64,000 nucleotides of DNA from Eledone cirrhosa (Eukaryota). The stretch lies in the NCBI GenBank assembly GCA_964016885.1, contig OZ024757.1, positions 2,232,001 through 2,296,000 on the forward strand, in the 5' to 3' direction. Both the position numbers and the translations under genes were made by a program. The notes under the pieces were generated by a model that worked only from the letters and a program-made list of their open reading frames with translations, had not been told where the DNA came from and ran no database searches. Positions 30,577 through 43,339 of the stretch are shown piece by piece (within the stretch, counting starts at the first letter, position 1; every line of letters starts with the position of its first letter).

Positions 30577-31239
30577 AATATATAAACAATCATCTGGTTG
30601 TGGAACCAACCAACCAACCAACCGGAAATTTATAAATTCCTAAATTTAGTACTCTAAAGAATGTTCTAGCCAGGCTGGTACGTAGACCCACCGAGTACGG
30701 AGGGTTATACCATGTGACCTTCCTGGTCCTATTCTTGCGGGGTTGTTGGGTGTCCGCCGTGGGCCATCGCGTGGTTGTGTACAGCTCAGGTCGAGCTCGG
30801 TTGGTGTCACTCGGATGTGCGGAGCGGTCATGTTATATATATATATAAATAAACACTTCCCCAGACACACACCCAAATTCTTTATATATACATCAACACA
30901 TAACTTTAGATCAGTTTGATAATCGCCACCGGACGAATGCGAGAAAGTTCTCTAGAAAGTTAACCAGGATTTAAAAACAACTTTCCTCTGAAGTTAACAA
31001 AATACTTATCAGATCTACACAGACAGATCATAAAATTAAATTGTTATAAAATACCAACTACAACTGAAGTCATTCTCTTCCTTTTTTCAAATATATATAG
31101 ACACACGCACACACACATGTATATATACATATACATATATACACATATATATATATACATACATATATATATATACATATATATACATAAATATATGTGT
31201 GTGTGTGTGTAAAAGGTAAACAGAAATAACAACACAATC

Positions 31240-31370
31240 GGTACAGTATATGGAAGGGATATATTAGGTTAACGCTTGATATAGCAGGAAGAAGGTCTTA
31301 ACGTTTCGGACGCTAATCTTTCATCAGAAGAAAGAATGAGAAATAAGATAGATTGAAGGGACAGGCGGGA
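31240..31370 (-). repeat. Short dispersed repeat with a degenerate minimal hammerhead (31296-31331); second copy at ~31775-31900
   Basis: Minus strand ttctt CTGATGA aagattagcgtcc GAAA cgt TA aga. The second copy reads CTGATAA aggactaaagtcc GAAA cg TA aaga. Both share the flank TAACGCTTGATATAG. Confidence 0.55.
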
Positions 31371-31438
31371 TGGAATTGGAAAAAATGTCTTTAGATAAAA
31401 ATAACAGGTCCATTCATGTTGACATCTCTTATATATAC

Positions 31439-31525
<87 letters not shown>

Positions 31526-31570
31526 CGAAATGCTGTTAAGTCAAGGTTACTTTTACATAATTGTTTTATT

Positions 31571-31644
31571 GCATAAAACATATTTCAGTGACATGGTTAT
31601 GAAATGTTTATATCAATAAGTTTCCATGTGACATCATCAGATGC
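31571..31644 (-). ncRNA. Degenerate hammerhead motif with long stem II
   Basis: Minus strand: gcat CTGATGA tgtcacatgg...ccatgtcact GAAA tatgtt TT atgc AATAAA. Confidence 0.5.
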
Positions 31645-32239
31645 TCATACAATTATGGGGTGTCGTTATGCAGATATGGTGTCGGTTACATATTACCATC
31701 TTTGTGTGACGCGAGCGAACCCCCCCCATATATATATATGCAAAAATCTAACGGAAATAACAAAGCAAACAATACTGTACAATGAAGTAATATATTAGTT
31801 TAACGCTTGATATAGAAGAAAAGGTGTCTTTACGTTTCGGACTTTAGTCCTTTATCAGAAAACAGAATGAGAAATTAAAGAAGAAATAGGAAGATAGAGA
31901 GTGAGAAGCGAAAGGGACAGAAAGGACTTTTTTTTAAAGAAAAAGCACGTGTATTCAGTGAACCAACATATATTTTGACAATATGCTAATCTTTTTAGAA
32001 ACACTTTAAATAATTAGACAACTCACTGACAAAATATTAAAAACCCGCAACTTCACTCTACATTAAGTAAAACTGGTATCGCAACCTACAGCAAAATGTG
32101 AAAGTGAGTTAATCTTGCTTGGAAAATATTACTTGCATTATCTCATGTTATGTTTTGTAGCACAGAGTTACGGCCCTTCACGTTCTGAGTTCAAATGTAA
32201 TAAAAGCAAAATGGGGATCATATACTGCGTATAACAAAG

Positions 32240-32451
32240 CAGGGGCGGATTGGCAGTATCAGTAGAGGATTGGATGCCATGCTTTAGAGTTACGATCCTT
32301 TACAGTTTGAGTTCAAATCCCACCGAAGTTAACTTTGCCTTTCATTTTTACAGGATCGATAAAATAAAGTACCAGTAATACACTGGAGTCGATTTAATCG
32401 ACTTTCCCGTCCCCCAAATTGTTGGCCTTGTACCTAAATCAGAAACCATTA
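32240..32451 (+). mobile_element. Meta-domain-like tRNA SINE
   Basis: Homologous to 7734-7923, full length with the GTCGATTTAATCGAC hairpin. Confidence 0.88.
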
Positions 32452-32851
32452 TCTCACGTTACGAAAAGAAACAGAAATATCAGGCAGCTCTTCCTTTATA
32501 TCTTTTGGGGGATGTGATGACACATAGTTGTTAAAGATACTCTTAAATCGATGGGAGTGTAACCTCTGGAATGTCTTTAATAATAGGTCTGCTCTATTTC
32601 ACCCTCATTTTTCAATGAAATGTCTTCAAAAAGACACGAGTATCTCAAGGTAGTTTCTATTCTCCATAATGTGTTTCCCCGGTTTACTAAAGATATGTCA
32701 TTTCAATTTACGGAAGCGTTTGTTTATTTTTTAGTACAAATTCTGGCTCTTCCTTCGTATCATGAATCTATTTCTAACATCTGGGAGGATAAATAAATGA
32801 CACAGGAAACATGGCAATAAAGGACTTCTATTGAATATTTCATGATAACAT

Positions 32852-33310
32852 ATACGAGGGGGGCGGGTTGAAGAGCTCCTAGTTTTAAGATATGGCGAAT
32901 GTATAGAGCAGTTACCTTTACAGGGGAGGTAGAGCTGTTACATTTACTGGGAGGTAGGACTGTTACCGTTACAGGGGAGGTAGGGCTGTTACCTTTACTG
33001 GGAGGTAGGACTGTTACCGTTACAGGGGAGGTAGGGCTCTTACCTTTACAGGCGAGGTAGGACTTTACCTTGACAGGGGAGGTAGGATAGTTACCGTTAC
33101 AGGGAAGGTAGAGTGTTACCGTTACAGGTGAGGTAGGACAGTTACCTTTGCAGGGGCTGTAGGACTGTTACCTTTACATGGGAGGTAGGGCTGTTACCTT
33201 CACAGGGGAGGTAGAACCGCGGCAATAAGAATGAATCTGAGAGGGGAATATGTTGAATAAAATCATAATTAACTGATCCTCCTGTATTACTTTTACCCAA
33301 AGCCAGGAAT
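32852..33310. mobile_element. Probable mariner-type MITE remnant with an internal ~26-bp minisatellite (GAGGTAGGACTGTTACCTTTACAGGG)
   Basis: Starts with TACGAGGG (mariner-like terminus), has tandem 26-mers at ~32905-33215 and a GGGGAATATGTTGAATAAAA mariner-like 3' segment. The right TIR is not clearly seen. Confidence 0.45.
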
Positions 33311-33313
33311 TGT

Positions 33314-34772
33314 CAGAGTGGTTAGAACGTCAGATAGAATGGTAGAGTGGTTAGAACGTCAGATAGAATGGTAGAGTGGTTAGAACGTCAGATAGAATGG
33401 TAGAGGGGTTAGAACGTCAGATAGAATGGTAGAGTGGTTAGAACGTCAGATAGAATGGTAGAGTGGCTAGAACGTCAGATAGAATGGTAGAGTGGTTAGA
33501 AGGTCAGATAGAATGGTAGAGTGGTTAGAACGTCAGATAGAATGGTAGAGTGGTTAGAACGTCAGATAGAATGGTAGAGTGGTTAGAACGTCAGATAGAA
33601 TGGTAGAGTGGTTAGAACGTCAGATAGAAAGGCAGAGTGGTTAGAACGTCAGATAGGATGGTAGAGTGGTTAGAACGTCAGATAGAATGGTAGAGTGGTT
33701 AGAACGTCAGATAGGATGGTAGGGTGGTTAGAACGTCAGATAGAATGGTAGAGGGGTTAGAAGGTCAGATAGAATGGTAGAGTGGTTAGAAGGTCAGATA
33801 GAATGGTAGAGTGGTTAGAAGGTCAGATAGAATGGTAGAGTGGTTAGAACGTCAGATAGAATGGTAGAATAGTTAGAACGTCAGATAGAATGGTAGAGTG
33901 GTTAGAACGTCAGATAGAATGGTAGAGTGGTTAGAAGGTCAGATAGAATGGTAGAGTGGTTAGAACGTCAGATAGAATGGTAGAGTGGTTAGAACGTCAG
34001 ATAGAATGGTAGAGTGGTTAGAACGTCAGATAGAAAAGTAGAGTGGTTAGAACGTCAGATAGGATGGTAGGGTGGTTAGAACGTCAGATAGAATGGTAGA
34101 GTGGTTAGAACGTCAGATAGAATGGTAGGGTGGTTAGAACGTCAGATAGAACGGTAGAGTGGTTAGAAGGTCAGATAGAATGGTAGAGTGGTTAGAAGGT
34201 CAGATAGAATGGTAGAGTGGTTAGAAGGTCAGATAGAATGGTAGAGTGGTTAGAACGTCAGATAGAATGGTAGAGTGGTTAGAACGTCAGATAGAATGGT
34301 AGAGTGGCTAGAACGTCAGATAGAATGGTAGGGTGGTTAGAACGTCAGATAGAAAGGTAGAGTGGTTAGAACGTCAGATAGAATGGTAGAGTGGTTAGAA
34401 CGTCAGATAGAATGGTAGAGTGGTTAGAATGTCAGATAGAATGGTAGAGTGGTTAGAAGGTCAGATAGAATGGTAGAGTGGTTAGAAGGTCAGATAGAAT
34501 GGTAGAGTGGTTAGAACGTCAGATAGAATGGTAGAGTGGTTAGAACGTCAGATAGAATGGTAGAGTGGCTAGAACGTCAGATAGAATGGTAGGGTGGTTA
34601 GAACGTCAGATAGAAAGGTAGAGTGGTTAGAACGTCAGATAGAATGGTAGAGTGGTTAGAACGTCAGATAGAATGGTAGAGTGGTTAGAACGTCAGATAG
34701 AATGGTAGGGTAGTTAGAACGTCAGATAGAATGGTAGAGTGGTTAGAACGTCAGATAGAATGGTAGAGTGGT
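33314..34772 (+). repeat. 29-bp minisatellite (~50 copies, GGTAGAGTGGTTAGAACGTCAGATAGAAT) derived from a SINE 5' head
   Basis: Contiguous 29-bp period with no spacers. It runs directly into the B-box and body of the SINE at 34773-34882. Confidence 0.95.
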
Positions 34773-34884
34773 ATCTGTTCCAGCTCTCAACTCTCTCAGT
34801 TCAAATCCCGCCGAGGTCAACTTTACCTTTCATCCTTTCGAGCTAGAATAAAAAAGGTACCAGTCTAGTTCTGGGGTCGATACT

Positions 34885-35792
34885 TTCTCTTTCATCAATA
34901 CAACCCCTAGAGGTGAATTAGCTTACAAATTTAGAAGGGCCCTAGATAAACATAAACTTAATATTAAGATAGTAGAAAGACCAGGTACCTCCATAAAAAC
35001 ACTTATTAGCAAGACATACCCTTTTCAAAGACCTCCCTGTATAGATAAGAAATGCATAATCTGTAAACTAAGCCCCCATATTAACTGTAAAACTAGAAAT
35101 GTAGTATATAGCATAAGATGTACTGAAGGACAATGTAGAGACAAAAATATAGTGTACATAGGTGAGACAGCTCGTAGAATAGGGGAACGGATAAATGAAC
35201 ACTGGCGAGAAATTCAAGATAGTAAAGAATCATCAATACACCACCAACATGCTAAAATAGAACATAAGGGTAAATTAGAGAACATCGAAATAAAAATAGA
35301 ATCTCACACACAGAAAAGACGCAATGTTTAGACAAATCACAGAGGCAATAAACATAAATGAACTCCAACCAAAATTAAATAGAAAACATGAATGGAATAG
35401 CAACATCACAACTTACAATTAAGGACAAAATGAAAACACACACACATAGAACAAACAACCAACCAGTAACATGTAAATAAACAAATAAATAAACAAATAA
35501 AAACACACACAGACACCCGGATGTAACACATGCGCAAACTAAGCACACAACACACACAAAAACAAGATGGCGTATGACAGAACAAAGGAGAGGCAGAAAA
35601 CAAAGAAAAGAATCCCCATGTGTGACGAAAGAACTTTGACAATATATGAACAACCGTCCGGTTATGGAACCAACCAACCAACCGGAAATTTATAAATTCT
35701 TAAATTTATAAATTTAATTTATAATAAATTGGAGTGAAAGCAACTGGTGCGTGTGTTTCTTATTGGCAACATGACCCTTCCAAAGCATAACA
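34885..35792 (+). mobile_element. 5'-truncated Penelope-like element (Neptune-like): GIY-YIG endonuclease fragment plus pseudo-LTR
   Basis: Frame +1 reads FINTTPRGELAYKFRR...CIDKKCIICK...CKTRNVVYSIRC...YIGETARRIGERINEHW, then after a frameshift EAININELQPKLNRKHEW. The 3' part matches the 30.2-30.6 kb palindrome. Confidence 0.85.
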
Positions 35793-35915
35793 ATATCGGT
35801 TTCAACACAGGTTTTCAGATAAAGAATCTTGCTAAACAAATTCAGAAACAATATATATATATAATACAATATATTAACAAATCGAAACTATATTTATAAA
35901 ACCATATTTATTTTA

Positions 35916-35970
35916 TTATACATATGTCAAGGGCCTCCAAGGCAAATTATGGTGCGCTTTCATCAGATAA
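35916..35970 (-). ncRNA. Highly degenerate hammerhead remnant
   Basis: Minus strand ttat CTGATGA aag...ctt GACATATGTA TAATAAA. The GAAA box is damaged. Confidence 0.3.
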
Positions 35971-36308
35971 AATACAATACAGATTTGTTTTATAAATAAA
36001 TATTGACATACCCTGAAAAAAGACAACCTTAACGGTTGGAGCTTCCTGGATAGTGGAGATATTACATTTATTGAGGGTGATAGAAAGTTATGATTGAGTA
36101 TGCAAATGAGTGTCCGAAAGGTTGAAAAGAAAAGGGTTTATTTAAATTAAACTGTTGGAAGAAGGTGATATGTGAGGGAGAGAGAAAAAAAGAAGGAATG
36201 ATTATATATATTTTTGACAGTGAAAATACTCCAATAATTGTTGAGTGCTTTATATCAGTTATAAATATATTTAAGGTTGTTGAATCCCAACAAATTAAAT
36301 ATAACCTC

Positions 36309-36358
<50 letters not shown>

Positions 36359-36385
36359 ACCACACACAAACAAAATAGCATATAA

Positions 36386-36387
36386 GC

Positions 36388-36424
<37 letters not shown>

Positions 36425-38021
36425 GCAGCAGCAGCAGGAGCAGTAGAAAACAATAAGTCATTATGTCTGCGTCTTGGATAATATAGGAATGATGTTATAT
36501 AACAGTAATGTTGTTGTTGGTGGTGGTGGTAGTGGTGGTGGTAGTGGTGCAGGTGGTAGTGGTAGTGGTGGTAGTGGTGGGGGTAGTGGTGGTGGTAGTG
36601 GTGGTGGTGGTAGGGGTAGTGGTGGTAGTGGTAGTGGTAGTGGTGGTGGTAGTGGTGTTGGTAGTGGTGGTGGTGGTGGTAGTGGTGGTGGTAGTGGTGG
36701 TGGTGGTAATGGTGGTGGTGGTAGTGGTGGTAGTGGTGGTAGTGGTGGTAGTGGTGGTGGTAGTGGTGGTGGTGGTAGTGGAGGTGGTGGTGGTGGTAGT
36801 GGTGGTGGTGGTAGTGGTAGAGTTGGTAGTGGTGGTGGTAGTGGTGGTGGTGGTGGTGGTAGTGGTGGTGGTGGTAGTGGTAGTAGTGGTGGTGGTAGTG
36901 GTGGTGGTAGTGGTGGGGGTAGTGGTGGTGGTAGTGGTAGTGGTGGTGGTGGTGGTAGTGGTGGTGGTGGTAGTGGTGGTGGTGGTGGTAGTGGTGGTGG
37001 TGGTGGTGGTGGTAGTGGTGGTGGTGGTAGTGGTGGTGGTGGTAGTGGTGGTAGTCGTGGTAGTGGTGGTGGTGGTGGTGATGGTGGTAGTGGTGGTGGT
37101 GGTAGTGGTGGTGGTAGTGGTGGTGGTGGTGGCAGTGGTGGTGGTGGTGGTAGTGGTGGTGGTAGTGGTGGTGGTGGTGGTAGTGGTGGTGGTGGTGGTA
37201 GTGGTGGTGGTAGTGGTGTTGGTAGTGGTGATGGTGGTGGTAGTGGTGGTGCTGGTAGTGGTGGTGGTGGTAGTGATGTTGGTAGTGGTGGTGGTGGTGG
37301 TGGTACTGGTGGTGGTGGTAGTGGTGGTGGTGGTAGTGGTAGTGGTGGTGGTAGTGGTGGTGGTGGTAGTGGAGGTGGTGGTGGTGGTAGTGGTGGTGGT
37401 GGTAGTGGTAGAGTTGGTAGTGGTGGTGGTAGTGGTGGTGGTGGTGGTGGTAGTGGTGGTGGTGGTAGTGGTAGTAGTGGTGGTGGTAGTGGTGGTGGTA
37501 GTGGTGGGGGTAGTGGTGGTGGTAGTGGTAGTGGTGGTGGTAGTGGTGTTGGTAGTGGTGATGGTGGTGGTAGTGGTGGTGCTGGTAGTGGTGGTGGTGG
37601 TAGTGATGTTGGTAGTGGTGGTGGTGGTGGTGGTACTGGTGGTGGTGGTAGTGGTGGTGGTGGTAGTGGTGGTGGTAGTGGTGGTGGTGCTGGTAGTGGT
37701 GGTGGTGGTTGTGGTGGTGGTAGTGGTGCTGGTGGTGGTGGTGGTGGTAGTGGTGTTGGTGGTGGTGGTGATGGTGGTAGTGGTGGTGGTGGTGGTGATG
37801 GTGGTAGTGGTGGTGGTGGTGGTGGTAGTGGTAGTGGTGGTGGTGGTGGTGGTAGTTATGGAGGTAGAGGTGGTGGTAGTGATGGTGGTTGTGGTGGAGG
37901 TGTTGTTGATGTTGTTGATGGTTAAGAAGTGGTGGTGGTGGGGTTGGTGGTGTTGTTGTTGTTGTTGTTGTTGTTGTTGGTGGTGGTATTGATAGTGTTG
38001 TTGTTGTTGGTGGTGGTGGTG
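36386..38021. repeat. (CAA/CAG)n followed by ~1.5 kb (GGT/AGT)n trinucleotide array
   Basis: Direct inspection. Internal block duplications are visible. Confidence 0.95.
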
Positions 38022-38227
38022 CCGCGGAAGTGCCTTTGAGGTCTTGTCCGCGGGGCACAGCCCCTACACCTCTGCGCCCATCACCCCCTTCCACCTCCCT
38101 TTCTTCCATGGCCCATCACCCCCGTTCCCCCTCTTTTCTTCTCATATATGTCCTATACAGTCCTTTCCTTTACTTTCCTTCTTTACCCCTTCTCCATTTT
38201 CTCATTACTAAACATAAACAGAAACCT

Positions 38228-38428
38228 GTGGATTGGCAGAATCGGTAGAGCGTTGGACTCTATGCTTTGCAGCATAGAGTCATGACCCTTTACGGTCTGA
38301 GTTCAAATCCCGCCGAGATTAACTTTGCCTTTCATCATTACGGGGTCAATAAAATAAAGTACCAGAAATGCACTGGCGTCGATTTTTCTCAAAGTTGCTG
38401 GCCTTGTACCTATTGTAGAAACCATTAT
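38228..38428 (+). mobile_element. Meta-domain-like tRNA SINE
   Basis: TGGCAGAATCGG A box, GAGTTCAAATCC B box and the same core. Confidence 0.88.
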
Positions 38429-38577
38429 TAAGGTGACGTTTGGAACATAACTTAACAAAGGAAAACTTTGATATTAATTATGAATTCTCCAAAAGAAATC
38501 ATTTTGTGTCATAAAAGGTTGGTTTCCAGTTGTAAGCGGTTGGTGTCAAAAGCGGTTGGTGTCAAAAAGGAGGCAGT

Positions 38578-38881
38578 GTCTAAGTCTAGGTCTAAGTCTA
38601 GGTCTAAGTCTAAGTCTAGGTCTAAGTCTAGGTCTAAGTCTAGGTCTAAGTCTAAGTCTAGGTCTAAGTCTAGGTCTAAGTCTAGGTCTAAGTCTAAGTC
38701 TAGGTCTAAGTCTAGGTCTAAGTCTAGGTCTAAGTCTAGCTCTAAGTCTAGGTCTAAGTCTAAGTCTAGGTCTAAGTCTAAGTCTAGGTCTAAGTCTAGG
38801 TCTAAGTCTAGGTCTAAGTCTAGGTCTAAGTCTAAGTCTAGGTCTAAGTCTAGGTCTAAGTCTAAGTCTAGGTCTAAGTCT
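38578..38881. repeat. Hexamer satellite (CTAAGT/CTAGGT)n
   Basis: Direct inspection. Confidence 0.95.
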
Positions 38882-38884
38882 ATT

Positions 38885-39020
38885 ACTGGTACTCATTTTC
38901 AGATAAATATACTGGAGCAACGTGAAATGAAGTGTTTTGCTCAAGAACACAACACAGCCCAGGAATCGAACCCACGACATTATGATCGTAAGTCCAACAC
39001 CCTTACCACTAGGTCACACA
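38885..39020 (-). mobile_element. CORE-type tRNA-derived SINE
   Basis: Minus strand has TAGTGGTAAGGGTGTTGGACT...GGGTTCGATTCC (A/B boxes) then TGTGTTCTTGAGCAAAACACTT...TTGCTCCAGT...AAATGAGTACC (CORE-like). Confidence 0.7.
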
Positions 39021-39216
39021 TCTCTACAGTTGAGGGGGCGTTATATGAGGGAGGTTTGGCTGCTATTTCTAGCTACTCACACTCTGGTGATGTGGCTTGT
39101 TTAAGTGGTGAGGTGGGGGTGCTAGGGTGGATGGCCGCACCCAGGCTCAAAATATCGTCTGACAGATAAGAGAGGGATGGCTACTTATCTTGGCAATAGT
39201 AGCAGATATTACGTGC

Positions 39217-39805
<589 letters not shown>

Positions 39806-40473
39806 ATCTATTATTAGCGTTGTTGTGTGGTTTATGAATTACGGTTTATTCTCAGCGATGAGAATAAAAAATATCTTTTACAAGTTGAACATGTGAACCC
39901 TGGGGATGTAAAAAAGGGGACAGTCTCGCCCGTGGGACTCGAACTCCCAACTACCATTACACTCCACATAACACATATCTACATCTAAACGAACACTAAA
40001 ACACAGAAAACCGTTTTAAACAAGTTTTATCTCGTTTATTTTCTTCTACTATCCTTACCTCACTCTCTCTCACTTACGTCACCCTGAACAGCACACCACT
40101 ACAACGACTACATTACAACATATTACACAAACATGTTGCTTCAGATGCACCCCTCTCTCTTTCTCTATCTCTCTCACACTCTCTCTCTCTTTCTCTCACT
40201 CTCTCACTCTCTCTCACTTTCTCTCTATCTATCTCTTTCTATATATATATATTCTACACACACACATATATATTACACAATAAATACACACACATATGTA
40301 TGCACACGCATACATAAGTATATATACATCATACAGACACACTCTCACACACAGCCATACACACATACAACTGGCAATGGTGCAACCATCTAAATACAGT
40401 TGATAACACTGGAGGAACATATCTTATCTGTTAATTTTTTCATTACAAATATATTCCTCAACCATCAAAATAT

Positions 40474-41072
40474 ACCACCACCACCACCACCATCACTGCT
40501 ACCACCACCACTGCTACCATCACCACAACCACCACCATCATCACTGCTACCACCACCACTGCTACCATCACCACCACCACCGCCACTGTTACCAACACCA
40601 CCACCACCACCACCAGCACTGCTACCCTCACCACCACCATCTCAACCGCTGCTAACACCACCACCACCACCATCACAAACACAACCACTGCTACCACCAC
40701 TTTCATCGCCACCATTTCCACCATCACCACCACCACCATCACCACCACCACCACCACCATCATCACACAACCACTGCTAACACCACCACCACCATCACCA
40801 CCACTGCTACCGCCATCACACAACCACTGCTACCATCACCTTCACCACCACCACCACCACCACCACCACCACCACCACCACCACCACCACCACCACCACC
40901 ACTACCACCACCACCACCTTCATCGCCACCACCACCACCACCCTCACCATCAGCACCACAACTACCACCACCATCATCATCGCCGCCACCACCACTACCA
41001 TCGCCACCACCTCAACCATCATCACCACCACCACCACCACCACCACCATCTCCACCATCACCACCACTACCA
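40474..41072. repeat. Degenerate (CCA)n array
   Basis: Direct inspection. Confidence 0.93.
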
Positions 41073-41812
41073 TTAGTCAGGGCTTCACCAAAGAGGAAAG
41101 TGCTATCTTCAAACCTTTCAAACATGTCCACCATACATCCTTCACCAGGACCCAAGACATATAAATCCAGCCTGCCCTTGACTAAAAAAAGGCGGCGGGG
41201 CAATCTTCACAATGGACTCGGTTGATAACCGAATTTGTCCTACATGTTACAGCTGGTGTTCGACATAAACCCACAAGTCAGCAATGCTCGGTCACTGGAC
41301 GATTGTGTGCAGGATGGTCTCATCGCCCTGTGCGCATTTCGGGCAGGCCCGGCTGACAGCCCTTCCATGCTTGTAAAGTTTATCTCGAACTGGCAACACT
41401 CCCCGGTAACATTGCCAGGCCAGGGACTTCTGGAAGTTGTCCATTCGCCCTGGACCGAATGTCCTCCCGAAGAGAATAGCTGGTTGACTTTCGTCGACAC
41501 CCAGAGTTTCCCGAAGGACGTCGTCGTTCTTGCCCTCCACTAACCCTCTATAGAAAGCCGAGGTAGAGTTTCCACCGATTGCAGTGCCCAATTGACATTC
41601 CAAGCGCTCTCTCTCGGTCTCCGTTTGACCCAGGACTGCAGCTCCGTCAAGGAGACGAACTGGAGAAAAAAGTGCCTAGCGAAAGGTGCCCACACTTGTT
41701 TACCGTCGAGGAAGATCTGGCGATGTTGTAGTCTCAGCGCATGTCTGTGCACCATCAACCACGGCATGCCCAGTCCTCCAGCGGGTGTTGACAGCAGATG
41801 GACCACCTGCAA
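41073..41812 (-). mobile_element. 3' fragment of a Tx1/L1-clade LINE (zinc-knuckle region), degenerate
   Basis: GGLGMPWL, MDNFQKSLAWQCYRGVLPVR and CPKCAQGDETILH. Homologous to 52730-53400. Confidence 0.85.
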
Positions 41813-41952
41813 ATGCTCCAGTGCGCTGCCAATGTCCTAAGAAGGGCATTATCAATTTAAAATCCATTGCAAGACATTTACTGTTGGTTGTGTCTCTGTG
41901 GCACCATTTGTGGGACAACTGATTGTAAAATATGGGTATTACCAAATATCGC

Positions 41953-42155
41953 CTCAGGTGCCGTGTTGACACTCAGGTGTCAGGTTGACACTCAGGATTA
42001 CACTCAGGTGCCAGGTTGACACTCAGGTGTCAGGTTGACACTCAGGTGCCAGGTTGACACTCAGGTTGAAACTCAGGTGCCAGGCTGACACTCAGGTTAA
42101 CACTCAGGTGCCAGGTTGACACTCAGGATTACACTCAGGTGCCAGGTTGACACTT
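41953..42155. repeat. Minisatellite of 19/12-bp units (CTCAGGTGCCAGGTTGACA)
   Basis: Direct inspection. Confidence 0.9.
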
Positions 42156-42207
42156 GACATGATTCGGGAAAGAAGCAGAACTCAAAAGAAGTTTTATAAT
42201 AATAATT

Positions 42208-42452
42208 GTTTCTTCTATAGTCACAAGGCCAACACTTTTAGGGGGAGGGAAAGTCGATTAAATCGACCCCAGTACATTACTGGTACTATATCAACCACAG
42301 TGTATTACTGGTACTTTATTTATAGACCCCGTAAGGATGAAAGGCAAAGCTAACCTCGGCGGAATTTGAACTCAGAACGTAAAGGGCCGTAACTCTACGC
42401 CACACAGCATGTTGTCTGACGCTCTACCGATTACTGTCAATCCACCGCCCTT
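42208..42452 (-). mobile_element. Meta-domain-like tRNA SINE
   Basis: Reverse complement of the family, with a small internal duplication of TACTGGTACT. Confidence 0.88.
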
Positions 42453-42620
42453 AATAATAGTTCCCTTATTTTTTTAGCAGCCAGCCTTCTAAACTGGAAT
42501 AAGGGTCCAATGGCGGCAGGAGCAGAAAGTTATCAAAATAATCATATCTCGAAATAGAGAATTGGAAAGGATCTGGGGCGTGAAATCAACACTGGCTACA
42601 CCTTCTTTTCCACTATATAC

Positions 42621-42700
<80 letters not shown>

Positions 42701-42705
<5 letters not shown>

Positions 42706-42862
42706 GTTTCTACGTTAGGCACAAGGCCAGCAATTACCCAGTGCATTACTGGTACTTTATTTTATCGACCCCGTAAGGATGAAAGGCAAAGTCAACCTCG
42801 AAGGGATTTGAACTCAGATCGTAAAGGGACGTAACTATGCTGGAAAGCATGGCGTCCGACCC
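42701..42862 (-). mobile_element. 5'-truncated SINE of the same deleted subfamily as 7734-7923
   Basis: Nearly identical, including the CACTGGGTAATTGCTGG deletion junction. Confidence 0.88.
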
Positions 42863-42884
42863 TAATGTATATATATATATATAT

Positions 42885-43109
42885 ATTAGAAATTAGAAAT
42901 TATAAGCTTTCACCGTATTTTAGACTAAAGAAATTTCTAGCCTGATAGTGGGGTTTATAACCCTCGGAGAAATGGAAAAAAGATGAGTGTTGCTATGTAC
43001 GGCAACCCTCATCTTTTTCCATTTCTCCGAGGGTTATAAACCCCACTATCAGGCTAGAAATTTCTTTAGTCTAAAATACGGTGAAAGCTTATAATTTCTA
43101 ATTTCTAAT
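42885..43109. repeat. Long inverted repeat (~105-bp arms), probably an inverted PLE end
   Basis: Arms are reverse complements around ~42997 and are flanked by TA repeats. Confidence 0.85.
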
Positions 43110-43167
43110 TTCAAACTCGCGCACCGTTTCAAAAACATACTTACATGTTCACATTTATAATTTGCTT

Positions 43168-43238
<71 letters not shown>

Positions 43239-43247
43239 TATATACTA

Positions 43248-43327
<80 letters not shown>

Positions 43328-43339
43328 CATATATATATA

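Larger units (their letters stand above)
30189..30648. mobile_element. Inverted pair of PLE pseudo-LTR 3' ends forming a ~190-bp-arm palindrome (30271-30648)
   Basis: Near-perfect palindrome centred at 30457/30458, homologous to the 3' region of the GIY-YIG element at 35550-35792. Confidence 0.85.

Noticed and set aside
33314-34772. CRISPR-like 29-bp repeats
   Set aside because: The units are contiguous with no unique spacers, no cas genes are present, and the context is eukaryotic.
36295-38109. Gly/Ser-rich or His-rich structural protein ORFs
   Set aside because: This is a (GGT)n trinucleotide array open in several frames with no signal peptide or exon context. Cephalopods do have Gly/His-rich proteins, but nothing here supports expression.
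38468-39169. SR/SK-rich protamine-like ORF
   Set aside because: It is a hexamer satellite fused to an antisense SINE sequence.
42940-43100. Hammerhead in the 42.9-kb palindrome (CTGATAG ... GAAA; GAAAGCTTA)
   Set aside because: No consistent stem I/II/core combination could be assembled.
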